A stretch of DNA of 64,000 bases from Syntrophorhabdaceae bacterium. Lineage in GTDB: Bacteria > Desulfobacterota > Syntrophorhabdia > Syntrophorhabdales > Syntrophorhabdaceae. The stretch covers positions 224,001 to 288,000 of the forward strand of contig CAXXUO010000002.1 in assembly GCA_963666485.2 (NCBI GenBank), given 5' to 3'. The position numbers were made by a program, and so were the translations under genes. The notes below the pieces were generated by a model. The model ran no database searches. It had not been told where the DNA came from and saw nothing but the letters and a program-made list of their open reading frames with translations. Shown here piece after piece: positions 47,101 through 56,412 of the stretch. How positions within the stretch are numbered: position 1 is the stretch's first letter; each line of letters starts with the position of its first letter.

Positions 47101-47923
47101 ATTCTTTGAGGTCCTTCACCAGTTTTGCCGCTGCCTTTTCAAGGTCCGCCTTTTTTGCCTTGTTTTCTTCAAGCGCTACCTTATCTGCGTACAGTTCCCG
47201 TTCGAGCCGCATGATAGTTGTTGTCATCTCTTCCAGGGCGAACCGGTACCAGCCTCCCTCTTTGTCAACCCTTTGCGAATAGAGCCCGGCCATGCTCAGG
47301 TGGTTCGTCATCCTCACTTCCTGGTTCGTAATGGCCTTCGTGACTATGTTTATCTCTTTTTCGAGGAATGCTATTTCCCGTGCGGCGATCTGCATCTCCC
47401 TCTTCGTTGTGTCAATATCCGCTGCGATGTTCCGGCAGCGCGGGCATGTGACCGTCGGTTTCAGAGGGGGCAGCGGACCTTTTCTCTCCTTGCAATACTC
47501 CTCGCATGTCTTCAGGTCCCACTCGGCAGATTCTTTGTCAAAATCGAGTTGATTCAGGCGTCTCCTCAAGCGGGCGGCTTCGGCCTCTTTCGCCTTGATC
47601 TTATCAACTTTTTCTTTCAGTTCTTTAATCTCTTTATCCAGCCGGGCATCGTCGATCCCCGGATAATTTTTTCTCTGCTCCTGCCAGATCTTGAGCTTGC
47701 CTTCTTCAACCATGAGGGGTGAAGCCGACAGTTCCGCCTCCAGGGCCTGCAGCTGAGTCATGGTATTATCCCGGTTCTCCGAGATATCCTTGAGAAGCTC
47801 AACAAATTTCTGGCATTCGGGACAGTCGGTCCGGGAAGGTATATCGGGAAAAGCCACCAGGGGAAAAACCAAAACGAACATGAAAGAAAACATAATGGCA
47901 CGATTCAAGAACCGGTCAAACAT
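44177..47923 (-). pseudogene. exported Cys-stapled coiled-coil repeat protein (~1250 aa) interrupted by frameshifts, or sequence errors
   Basis: ORFs 45278-47965, 45133-45642 and 44177-45136 join into one protein with seven CPxC...LKxCExxC repeats; frame breaks at the A6 run (45631-45636) and at about 45190-45245. Confidence 0.7.
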
Positions 47924-48055
47924 GGTCGCCTCGCTTTCGATCAAATTGCGGTTGATAAGCGCCATGGTAGCACATAATCAAAAAAATGCACATCAGGAAA
48001 AAACACTTTTTCGATGGGGTGGTTAAATTATCGAGATATTCCCGGACGGGGGCCT

Positions 48056-49372
48056 TTATCCAACTTCGGGGCGGCGCGGCGTGATGTCGGAGCCCAGGTA
48101 AAATTGCCGGATAGGCCGGTTGAATGCAAAACCGATCGCCAGCAGTGCGCATATCACAAAAATAAAGGAAAAAAGCATTGCGATGTTCTTCCCGGTAAGG
48201 TCGATAATGATGCCGCCCAATACGAAGGACAACGGGGCGAGGCCGCCGTTGATCGAATCCAGGGTCCCGAAAACCCTGCCCCGTAAGTTCTCGGGGATCA
48301 CCTTCTGTTTGAGGGATGTATTGATGAGCCGGGAGATGGCCATGCACCCGGAGAGGAGCGACAGGAGCAAAAAAACGGACACGACGCCTGTTGTCAGCGA
48401 AAGGAGAAGGAACAAAAGTGCTTCAGCGAAAAATATCGCGCATATCACGATATAATTCTGTTTTTCCGTCGTGTTGAACTGGCCGAAAATGAAATACGCC
48501 GCAATGGAGCTCAAGGTGAGCAGGCTCAGCAAATAACCGTAGTAGGTGCTTTTCAGGTGAAGTATATCCTCGACCAGGAAAGGCAGGGAGAGCATGACCA
48601 TCGGAAAGAGGAGGTTAGATAAAGCATAGATGATCGTCTGGTTCCTGAGCCCCCTGTTCGCCCAGATGAAAACGAAACCCTCCTTCGTTTCCCCGAGAAA
48701 ACGCCTGTAAGAGAACTGCGCCCCGTTCGGCGGCGGACCGTGTTCGATCTTTATGAACAGGCTCGCGATGGCCGCGGCGAGGTACGATATGCCGTTGATA
48801 AGAAATGCCAGTGCGCCGCCCAGGAATGTAAAGAATATGCCGCCAAGCGCGTTGCCCGCCATCGCCAGGACGCCTGACGAACCCTGGAATAGCGCGTTGC
48901 CCTTCTGGATCTTTTCCTTCGTGATTATTTCGGGGACGATGGAGTACAGCGCCGAGTTAAAAGCGGAATCAATGATACCCACGAGCATCGTCACAAAAAA
49001 TACAGCATAGACGGTCACCGGGAAAGGAGCGAGGCGAAAACCGGCTATAGCACCATCAAACAGTGTGAGACGGGTGAAACAGTTCAGGCCGGCGACAAAC
49101 AGGAGGACCATGAGCACGCCGCGCAAAAGATCACACCACACGATCACCTTTTTCCTGCTCGACCTGTCAACGAGGGTACCGGCAAACGGCCCGAGCAAAA
49201 CCCACGGCAGGAACGCAAGCAGTTCAACGATGCCGATAATGGTTGCGGAACCGGTCAACTGCTTCAGGTACAGGACAAGGACGACCGAATAGAGTGCGCT
49301 GCCGGTAAAAGACAGGCATTGCCCGGCAAAGACCAGGGTAAAGTTCCTGTTGAACAATCTATAAGAGGTCAT
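48056..49372 (-). CDS. MFS exporter (macrolide/peptide efflux-like)
   Basis: NRNFTLVFAGQ, GTLVDRSSRKKV and PENLRGRVFG; about 12 TM segments. Confidence 0.9.
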   Translation of the reverse strand: MTSYRLFNRNFTLVFAGQCLSFTGSALYSVVLVLYLKQLTGSATIIGIVELLAFLPWVLLGPFAGTLVDRSSRKKVIVWCDLLRGVLMVLLFVAGLNCFTRLTLFDGAIAGFRLAPFPVTVYAVFFVTMLVGIIDSAFNSALYSIVPEIITKEKIQKGNALFQGSSGVLAMAGNALGGIFFTFLGGALAFLINGISYLAAAIASLFIKIEHGPPPNGAQFSYRRFLGETKEGFVFIWANRGLRNQTIIYALSNLLFPMVMLSLPFLVEDILHLKSTYYGYLLSLLTLSSIAAYFIFGQFNTTEKQNYIVICAIFFAEALLFLLLSLTTGVVSVFLLLSLLSGCMAISRLINTSLKQKVIPENLRGRVFGTLDSINGGLAPLSFVLGGIIIDLTGKNIAMLFSFIFVICALLAIGFAFNRPIRQFYLGSDITPRRPEVG

Positions 49373-49423
49373 GATCTCTTTTCGAGGCAGTGCCCCGGCA
49401 GTCCCGCGGGGGACAACGGGCTT

Positions 49424-50608
49424 TTACATCTGCCGGGCCCGTGTACCGCATGACTTGGGAACATCGCCGGGATACGCTGTCCTGTGCGCCAGGAACCTCC
49501 TGGCTATGAGCTCCGCGATCTCCCTGTTCTCATCCATCAGTCTGCGCAGGTGCACCTGTGCGTTGCAGAAAGATTCCATAACGTCGGTGTCGGTCACGGG
49601 CTGGAGGGCACAATATTCCCCGCAGATGGGAAAAGCCGGACAGTCCTTGCATTTTTGATCGTAATACGAATTCGGCGCCTCGCATTGCCCGATCACCTTC
49701 ATGGCTCCGTCCATGACTGAAGGCAGGTCCTCCGCCTTCGCGATAGGACCGGTGACACCGGTAAAGAAACTGCAGGGATAGACGAGCCCGTCGAGGTCCA
49801 CGTATGCGGACCACAGTCCGGCCATGCATTTTTGCGGGCGCGGCGCCGGGTTATAGCTCCGGCCGCAAATGACGTTGTTATAATAAAAGGCGAATTTGTT
49901 GAGCCCGACATTGTCCCGCGTGGCGAAATCAAACTGGGAAGCCAGGAACGCCGCCTCGAACTCGGCCTCGGCGCGCAGCGACGGCGGGATCTGCGACACC
50001 GTATGTCCCCTGCCCTGGCTTGAGACACAGTTCACGCGATAGAACCGGACACCATGGCGGGCAAAAAACTCCACGGTGGACGGCAGGGTCTTGAGGGACT
50101 CCACCGTTCCCACGACAAGCGCCGTAACAGGGAACCCGTTCTCGAACAACGTAACGATGTTGTCCCTTCGCCTCATCGATGATATCTTCGGATCGTCGAG
50201 TTCCCCGTCGTAATGGACGGAGAAATGAACATCGTGCTTTTTGAAGAGTTCGATTACCGCCGGGTTCAGGATGGAAATATTGGTCTGAATTGAATACTCG
50301 AGTGTTTTCCCCGATCCATCGAGGTACGGGTCAACGATACCGAAAAACGTTTCATACCAGTCAGCCCGGGCCAGCAGGGGCTCGCCCCCGGAGAAGACCA
50401 TTCCCATATCGGCGGTACTGAAGTCGAGAAGTTTTATGAGTGTTTCGGCGGTCTTCTCAGGATCGACAATTGTCGTCCGCTCTCCCGGCGGCGACGCGGT
50501 AACATTGCAGGCATCCTGAAAGCAGTAGTCGCAGGAAAGGTTGCAGGCCGTGGTCAACTGAAATGTCACGCCCCGAAGATCGCTGAAGATGGGAGATTCT
50601 ATTGTCAT
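49424..50608 (-). CDS. radical SAM/SPASM-domain peptide maturase
   Basis: CNLSCDYC, SGGEPLL; SPASM-like CMAG...GLVYPC...CKDC...CGEYC...FC. Confidence 0.9.
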   Translation of the reverse strand: MTIESPIFSDLRGVTFQLTTACNLSCDYCFQDACNVTASPPGERTTIVDPEKTAETLIKLLDFSTADMGMVFSGGEPLLARADWYETFFGIVDPYLDGSGKTLEYSIQTNISILNPAVIELFKKHDVHFSVHYDGELDDPKISSMRRRDNIVTLFENGFPVTALVVGTVESLKTLPSTVEFFARHGVRFYRVNCVSSQGRGHTVSQIPPSLRAEAEFEAAFLASQFDFATRDNVGLNKFAFYYNNVICGRSYNPAPRPQKCMAGLWSAYVDLDGLVYPCSFFTGVTGPIAKAEDLPSVMDGAMKVIGQCEAPNSYYDQKCKDCPAFPICGEYCALQPVTDTDVMESFCNAQVHLRRLMDENREIAELIARRFLAHRTAYPGDVPKSCGTRARQM

Positions 50609-50807
50609 TTACGTATCCTTGAGAATTCTTGCATGGGACCGGCGATCTGCCCGGACAAGCCCGCCGGGCGTAAAACCGGGCTGTGTGGTCAAATTTTGAG
50701 GCACAGTACCGTAACCGGCATTCGGATATGAGTCCCGGACGCTTAAAACAGCCGCCATGGATAATTTCTTCAAGGCCGCGGCGATAACGCAGCGGTGCAT
50801 GAGGAGA

Positions 50808-51008
50808 TTATCTGTTCGGGCAATAATTAGAATAAATGCAGCAGCACCCGCAGTCGTCTTCTTCCGGCAGGGGGGAGATCGATGCGCGCATTGTGCCCAG
50901 CATTTCGTTGATTGTCTCTCTCGATGAGCTCAGGTCAAGAGCTACAAATTCCTCGGCTAAATGTTCGGGGACATCATAGAACCGGCCACTTCTGTTCATT
51001 AGCAGCAT
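50808..51008 (-). CDS. candidate RiPP precursor peptide (66 aa, Cys-rich core)
   Basis: AGGAG RBS; acidic leader then core CGCCCIYSNYCPNR; lies between two radical SAM genes. Confidence 0.8.
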   Translation of the reverse strand: MLLMNRSGRFYDVPEHLAEEFVALDLSSSRETINEMLGTMRASISPLPEEDDCGCCCIYSNYCPNR

Positions 51009-51052
51009 GATTAACTCCTGTACAACCTGTATTTGTGATAACTGCTGGGCAA

Positions 51053-51082
51053 ATTGTATAACAACAATCCGGAAGATTGCAA
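51053..51082 (-). promoter_or_regulatory. sigma70-like promoter dedicated to the precursor peptide
   Basis: TTGCAA, 18 bp, TACAAT about 45 nt upstream of the precursor ATG. Confidence 0.5.
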
Positions 51083-51118
51083 GGCAATAAGCAAGGCTAA
51101 AACACGGGTATCGTTCGG

Positions 51119-52285
51119 TTAATTAGCGATATAATTATATACTTCTAATACATTCTTTGGTGAGTCCTGCTTGACGGCCTCCATATTGTCCCCCCCCTTG
51201 ACCAGGAGGTCAAAGAACATCTTTTCGATGCCCGTGAATATGAAGCACGTATCGATATCCTCCCTGTTGAGGACCATGGTCTTCGCGGCGTCGGAGTACA
51301 TAAGCCATTTCTGATCGTCGGCCTGAGGTTTTATACCGGTTTTCAGGGTGAGCGGCTGCAATCTCGATATGAAGTTATTCAGGCATCCGCCAAAGCAGGA
51401 TAACCTGAAATACCTGCACGACGAGCACGGCTCAATGGTGATGTTGTTTTCAAGGAGTTTGTGGAGCCTCATAAAATATGCCTGGAAATCCTGGCCGGTC
51501 GTGTACCGGGAGAACGGGACCTGGAAGCTTGCCGTGCCGAAACAGCTGCTCACCATCTTCCCCGGCATGTAATCCGAAGGGGGCGCGCAGGACGTCAGCA
51601 TGTCTTTCCCGAAATTCCTTTTCCACAGGGCGATGGTGGCGTCGTCGAGCTGGCACAGGGGAATGCTCGTGCAGTCTTCCGCCAGGTTAATGCCAGCTTT
51701 GAACAACTTCCGGGCAACCCGTTGCAGGTCCTCGTTGAACTTCTTCTTCTCTTCAGTGAATTCGATAAATTTATTGCTCCGCTCGCAATCGGGCGAGGCG
51801 ATGCCAAACCTGAGAAAGCGTTTCAAATTGTATCGATCTATCGCCTCTATCCATGTATCGATCTCTTCGGATGTAATGTCCCCGGTGTAGGTCACCCCGA
51901 GTGTGACATATTTGCCCAGGGTCTTCAAAAAATAGTCCAGGTCTGCCTCCGGCCGGGTTGAAAATTTCCTGGCCGCATAATTGACGACATACCTCGCGGA
52001 GGAAAATTGCGTGAGCCGCTCCGTTATTTCCCTGTCGACAAACCCGTGCGTCAGGACGAAGAAATTGTTGAACAACCTGTCCGCCTCGGTCATCAGCGCG
52101 ATAAAGTCGGGGTGCAGGGTCGGTTCTCCGCCGAAGATGCGTATGAACGAATACCCGGAGCTTTTCAAGAATTGCAGGATTTCCTTGAATTCATCGACCC
52201 CCATACAGGAGGTGCTGTCCGAAAACGGTTTTGCAAAACAATAGTCGCAGTTGCAGTTGCATTGATAATTGATTATGACGTTCAA
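51119..52285 (-). CDS. radical SAM protein with SPASM-like Cys cluster and C-terminal extension
   Basis: CNCNCDYC, GGEPTLHP, IPLC, C...SSC...CSSC...CFGGC; TTG start after AAGGA. Confidence 0.88.
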   Translation of the reverse strand: MNVIINYQCNCNCDYCFAKPFSDSTSCMGVDEFKEILQFLKSSGYSFIRIFGGEPTLHPDFIALMTEADRLFNNFFVLTHGFVDREITERLTQFSSARYVVNYAARKFSTRPEADLDYFLKTLGKYVTLGVTYTGDITSEEIDTWIEAIDRYNLKRFLRFGIASPDCERSNKFIEFTEEKKKFNEDLQRVARKLFKAGINLAEDCTSIPLCQLDDATIALWKRNFGKDMLTSCAPPSDYMPGKMVSSCFGTASFQVPFSRYTTGQDFQAYFMRLHKLLENNITIEPCSSCRYFRLSCFGGCLNNFISRLQPLTLKTGIKPQADDQKWLMYSDAAKTMVLNREDIDTCFIFTGIEKMFFDLLVKGGDNMEAVKQDSPKNVLEVYNYIAN

Positions 52286-52514
52286 AACGATTTCCTTTCG
52301 TGCGCCGGTTCACATATGCTGCCATTTATGTACCATTCATCGCCGCTGCCGGGCAAGGGCAATAACGTGAAAACCCTGGATGTGAATTGTTCGTCGGGAC
52401 CGTCGGGCCTTTCGGCTCCGGCCGCGTGTATTATATTACTCGTAGGAAAAAGGTCATTTTTCCGGGCCTTGTTCCGGCAATACATTGCTTCAAAAAGATA
52501 AGGTCGTGATAAGC

Positions 52515-53936
52515 ATGTTCGATGGACCTGAAGGAACCGTGAACGACGGCCTGAGGCTTGAAGGCGACAGCATGGGAAAGGTCTGGGTACCGGCCGACCG
52601 CCTGTGGGGGGCCGGCACCCAGCGCGCCCTCAAGCACTTCAGGATCGGCACCGACGTAAACCCCCCGGAGCTCATCAGGGCCCTCGTCATCGTGAAAGAG
52701 GCTTCGGCCATGGCCAACCGGGAATTGCTCAAGCTTGACGAAGAACGGGCGAGCGCCATCATAGAGGCCGCCCGCGAAGCTGTCTCGGGCAAACTGGACG
52801 GCCATTTCCCTTTGCCCGTCTGGCTGAGCGGAAGCGGCACGCAATTGAATATGAATGTCAACGAGGTCCTTGCGAACCGGGCCATAGAACTGATGGGCGG
52901 GATCAAAGGGACCAGGTCGCCGGTCCATCCCAACGATCATGTCAACATGTCGCAGTCGACGAACGATGTCTTCCCGACGGCCATGAACATTGCGGCCCTG
53001 ACCGCTATCCGGGACCATCTCGGACCGGCTGTCCGGAAACTGGCGGACGGCCTTGAAGAAAAGGCGAAGGCATGGGCCGGCATCACGAAGATCGGCAGGA
53101 CGCACCTCATGGATGCGGTGCCGCTCACCCTGGGCCAGGAGTTCTCCGGGTACGCCGCCATGATCGGCGACGATCTCGCGAGGCTCGACGCCGTACTTCC
53201 CGGACTTTATCACCTTGCCATCGGCGGTACGGCAGTGGGTACCGGCATAACAGCGGAAAAGGGGTTCGGGGACGCAGCCGTGCGCCATATTGCCGGGATC
53301 ACGGGCCTTCCGGTTTCCCCTGCTCCGAACAGGTTTGCCGTGCAGGGCGCCCACGATGCGATGGTCATGGTGAGTGCTGCCCTGAAAGGCATGGCCGTTT
53401 CCCTTTTCAAGATAGCCAACGACATCCGGCTTCTCGCCTCCGGGCCCGACGCGGGTATCCGCGAGCTTATTCTCCCCGCTAACGAACCGGGGTCCTCCAT
53501 CATGCCCGGCAAGGTAAACCCGACCCAATGCGAGGCAATGACCATGGTGGCCGTGCAGGTGATGGGCTATGACCTGGCGGTGGCTTTCGCCGGCGCCGGC
53601 GGCTACCTGGAGATGAACGCATACAAGCCGCTCATTGCATTCAATGTCATCCAATCGATCCGGCTTATCTCGGATGCCTGCAATTCATTCGAGACATTCC
53701 TTGTTGCGGGACTCAAACCGGATAGAAAAAAAATAGATGACTATGTGAATCGCTCACTGATGCTCGTGACGGCCCTCGTACCGGTCATCGGTTACGACAG
53801 GGCCGCCCGGGTGGTTGACCTGGCTGTCGCCGAAGGCCTTACACTCAAGGATGCGGCCCTGAAGCTCGGCTGCATTTCGGCCGAAGAGTTCGATCGCGTT
53901 GTCGATCCTTACAGACTGGCACATGACAACGCGTGA
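52515..53936 (+). CDS. fumC: class II fumarate hydratase
   Basis: HPNDHVNMSQSTND, KIGRTHLMDA and the signature GSSIMPGKVNPTQCE. Confidence 0.95.
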   Translation: MFDGPEGTVNDGLRLEGDSMGKVWVPADRLWGAGTQRALKHFRIGTDVNPPELIRALVIVKEASAMANRELLKLDEERASAIIEAAREAVSGKLDGHFPLPVWLSGSGTQLNMNVNEVLANRAIELMGGIKGTRSPVHPNDHVNMSQSTNDVFPTAMNIAALTAIRDHLGPAVRKLADGLEEKAKAWAGITKIGRTHLMDAVPLTLGQEFSGYAAMIGDDLARLDAVLPGLYHLAIGGTAVGTGITAEKGFGDAAVRHIAGITGLPVSPAPNRFAVQGAHDAMVMVSAALKGMAVSLFKIANDIRLLASGPDAGIRELILPANEPGSSIMPGKVNPTQCEAMTMVAVQVMGYDLAVAFAGAGGYLEMNAYKPLIAFNVIQSIRLISDACNSFETFLVAGLKPDRKKIDDYVNRSLMLVTALVPVIGYDRAARVVDLAVAEGLTLKDAALKLGCISAEEFDRVVDPYRLAHDNA

Positions 53937-53957
53937 CGTGGTGGAGGTATTCATCCC

Positions 53958-55679
53958 ATGATCTTCGATTATGACATAGTGATCGCCGGCGCGGGGCTCG
54001 CGGGTTTGCGGGCCGCGGTGGAGGCCGTGGGAGGGGCCCGCGTCGCAGTCGTATCCAAGGTCCTGCCCACACGCTCCCATTCAGGGGCAGCCCAGGGAGG
54101 GATCACCGCCGCGCTCGGCAACGAGGAGGAGGACCGCTGGGAATGGCACCTGTTCGATACCGTCAAGGGCGGTGATTACTTAAGCGACCAGGACGCCGTC
54201 GAGATCATGGTGAGGGACGCGCCGCGGGCGATCTACGAACTGGAACACATGGGGGTCCCCTTCAGCCGCACAAAGGACGGCAAGATAGCCCAGAGGAACT
54301 TCGGGGGCCACACGAGGGATTTCGGCAAGGCGCCTGTGAAGCGCGCCTGCCATGCGGCGGACCACACCGGGAGGGTGGTCCTCGATACGCTCTACGACCA
54401 GGCCCTCCGGCAGAACGTGAGATTCTACGCGGAGCATCATGTCCTGTCCCTCGTTTTCCGCGATGGGCGGTGCGCGGGTGTCGTGACGTACGAACTCGCC
54501 ACGGGCGAGGTGAATTTCCTGCGGGCAAAAATAGTCCTGCTTGCGACCGGCGGCTGCGGCAAGATCTATCAAACGACATCAAATGGTTTTGCCACCACCG
54601 GCGAGATCCTGAACCTCGCCTACCGGGAAGGCGTCCCGCTCCAGGATATGGAGTTCGTCCAGTTTCACCCGACCGGCCTGTTCCCGCTCGGCATCCTCGT
54701 CAGTGAAGCCGCGCGGGGCGAAGGAGGGGTCCTGCGCAATAACGCGGGGGAGGCCTTCATGGAACGGTATGCGCCGAAGATCAGGGACCTGGCAGCCCGC
54801 GACGTTGTCTCCCGGGCGATCCTGAGCGAGGTCCGCGCGGGGCGCGGCATCGGGGGAAAGCCGTATGTTCACCTCGATCTAACCCACCTGGGGGAACAGA
54901 AGATAACCGAGAAACTCTGGGAGATCACCTCGTTCGCGCGGACCTACCTCGGCATCGACGCCGTCACGCAGCCCATTCCCGTTGCACCCACCTGCCATTA
55001 CCTGATGGGCGGGATCCCGACGGACTTAGACGGCAGGGTCCTTGCCGATGAAAAAGGCCGGACCGTCCCCGGGCTCTATGCGGCGGGCGAATGTGCCTGC
55101 GTGTCCATACACGGCGCAAACCGGCTCGGGTGCAACTCGCTCCTCGACCTCGTCGTCTTCGGCAGGCGCAGCGGAAAAGCGATGAAAGACGAGCTGCCGG
55201 GGATGGTTTCCGTGCCGGGCCCCGACCCGGCCGAGATCGTCAAAGAAATGCTTGCGTCACTCCTCGAAAGGGAAGGAACGGAAAGATCCCACGTGATACG
55301 GCAGGAAATGCAGGCCCTCATGACGGAACGCGCCTCCGTCTTTCGCACGGGGGAAGGTTTGAAACAGGGATTGGATTCCATCAGGTCTCTGAAGGAAAGA
55401 TACCTTCACCTGCCGGTGACGAACAGGGCGGGGCCGTTCAATTATGACCTCATGGAAACGATCGAGCTAGGCCATCAACTGGAGCTCTGCGAGGTGATCC
55501 TCACGAGTGCGCTCAACCGGAGAGAGAGCCGCGGCGCCCACTACCGGGAAGATTTTCCCGAAAGGGACGACCGGAACTATGTGAAGCACACCCTCGCATT
55601 CGATGCGCCCGGGGGGCCGCGGATAGAATATAAACCGGCGGTGATAACCAGGTTCCAGCCAGAGGTGAGAGTGTACTGA
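53958..55679 (+). CDS. sdhA: succinate dehydrogenase/fumarate reductase flavoprotein subunit
   Basis: [10 protein letters not shown] (covalent FAD His), [20 protein letters not shown] and ESRGAH. Confidence 0.95.
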   Translation: MIFDYDIVIAGAGLAGLRAAVEAVGGARVAVVSKVLPTRSHSGAAQGGITAALGNEEEDRWEWHLFDTVKGGDYLSDQDAVEIMVRDAPRAIYELEHMGVPFSRTKDGKIAQRNFGGHTRDFGKAPVKRACHAADHTGRVVLDTLYDQALRQNVRFYAEHHVLSLVFRDGRCAGVVTYELATGEVNFLRAKIVLLATGGCGKIYQTTSNGFATTGEILNLAYREGVPLQDMEFVQFHPTGLFPLGILVSEAARGEGGVLRNNAGEAFMERYAPKIRDLAARDVVSRAILSEVRAGRGIGGKPYVHLDLTHLGEQKITEKLWEITSFARTYLGIDAVTQPIPVAPTCHYLMGGIPTDLDGRVLADEKGRTVPGLYAAGECACVSIHGANRLGCNSLLDLVVFGRRSGKAMKDELPGMVSVPGPDPAEIVKEMLASLLEREGTERSHVIRQEMQALMTERASVFRTGEGLKQGLDSIRSLKERYLHLPVTNRAGPFNYDLMETIELGHQLELCEVILTSALNRRESRGAHYREDFPERDDRNYVKHTLAFDAPGGPRIEYKPAVITRFQPEVRVY

Positions 55680-55688
55680 TGACGGGAG

Positions 55689-56396
55689 GTGTCCGTGGCT
55701 ATAAGGCTCAAGGTCTTTCGCTTCGATCCGGCAAAGGATGAAAAGCCGTATTACAAGGACTATGAGGTCGACGCCGAACCCACGGACCGGCTTCTCGATT
55801 GCCTGAACCGTGTCCGCTGGGAGAAGGACCCTGGCCTTTCCTTCCGCATGTCGTGCGGCCACGGCATCTGCGGGTCGGACGGCATGCGTATTGACGGGAT
55901 GTGCGGGCTTCCCTGCCAGAGGCTCGTCAAGTCGCTCGGGCCCGAGGTGCTCATCGAGCCCCTGCCCGTGTTCAGGGTGATCAAGGACCTCGTCGTTGAC
56001 CTCGAGCCGTTCTTCGAAAGATACCGTTCGATAAGGCCATACCTCATCGCCGCCGAACCGCCCGGCGACGAACGCAGGCAATCACCGGACGAGGCCCGCC
56101 TGCTGGAAACGTCGGTGCGCTGCATCCTGTGTGCCTGCTGCACCGCGTCATGCCCGGTGAACCAGGACCCGCAGACCACGGACTACGTGGGGCCCGCCGC
56201 CCTGGTCCGGGCCTTTCGTTATCTTTTCGACTCGCGGGACGAGGGCCTCGCGCAGCGCCTGCCCGTTCTCGACAGGAAAGAAGGCGCGTGGGGCTGCCGG
56301 ACCCTGTGGAAATGCACGGAGGTCTGTCCCCGGAAGATCCCTGTTACGAAGCTGATCGGCCAGATCAAACGGAAGATCTACGAGACGAAAAAATGA
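55689..56396 (+). CDS. sdhB: succinate dehydrogenase/fumarate reductase iron-sulfur subunit
   Basis: SCGHGICGSD, CILCACCTASCP and CRTLWKCTEVCP. Confidence 0.95.
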   Translation: MSVAIRLKVFRFDPAKDEKPYYKDYEVDAEPTDRLLDCLNRVRWEKDPGLSFRMSCGHGICGSDGMRIDGMCGLPCQRLVKSLGPEVLIEPLPVFRVIKDLVVDLEPFFERYRSIRPYLIAAEPPGDERRQSPDEARLLETSVRCILCACCTASCPVNQDPQTTDYVGPAALVRAFRYLFDSRDEGLAQRLPVLDRKEGAWGCRTLWKCTEVCPRKIPVTKLIGQIKRKIYETKK

Positions 56397-56412
56397 AGGG
56401 CGAACCGCGGCT

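Noticed and set aside
50609..50800. 63-aa ORF between the precursor and the rSAM as a second precursor
   Set aside because: No clear RBS, no similarity to the Cys-rich peptide and unremarkable composition; probably intergenic, though not excluded.
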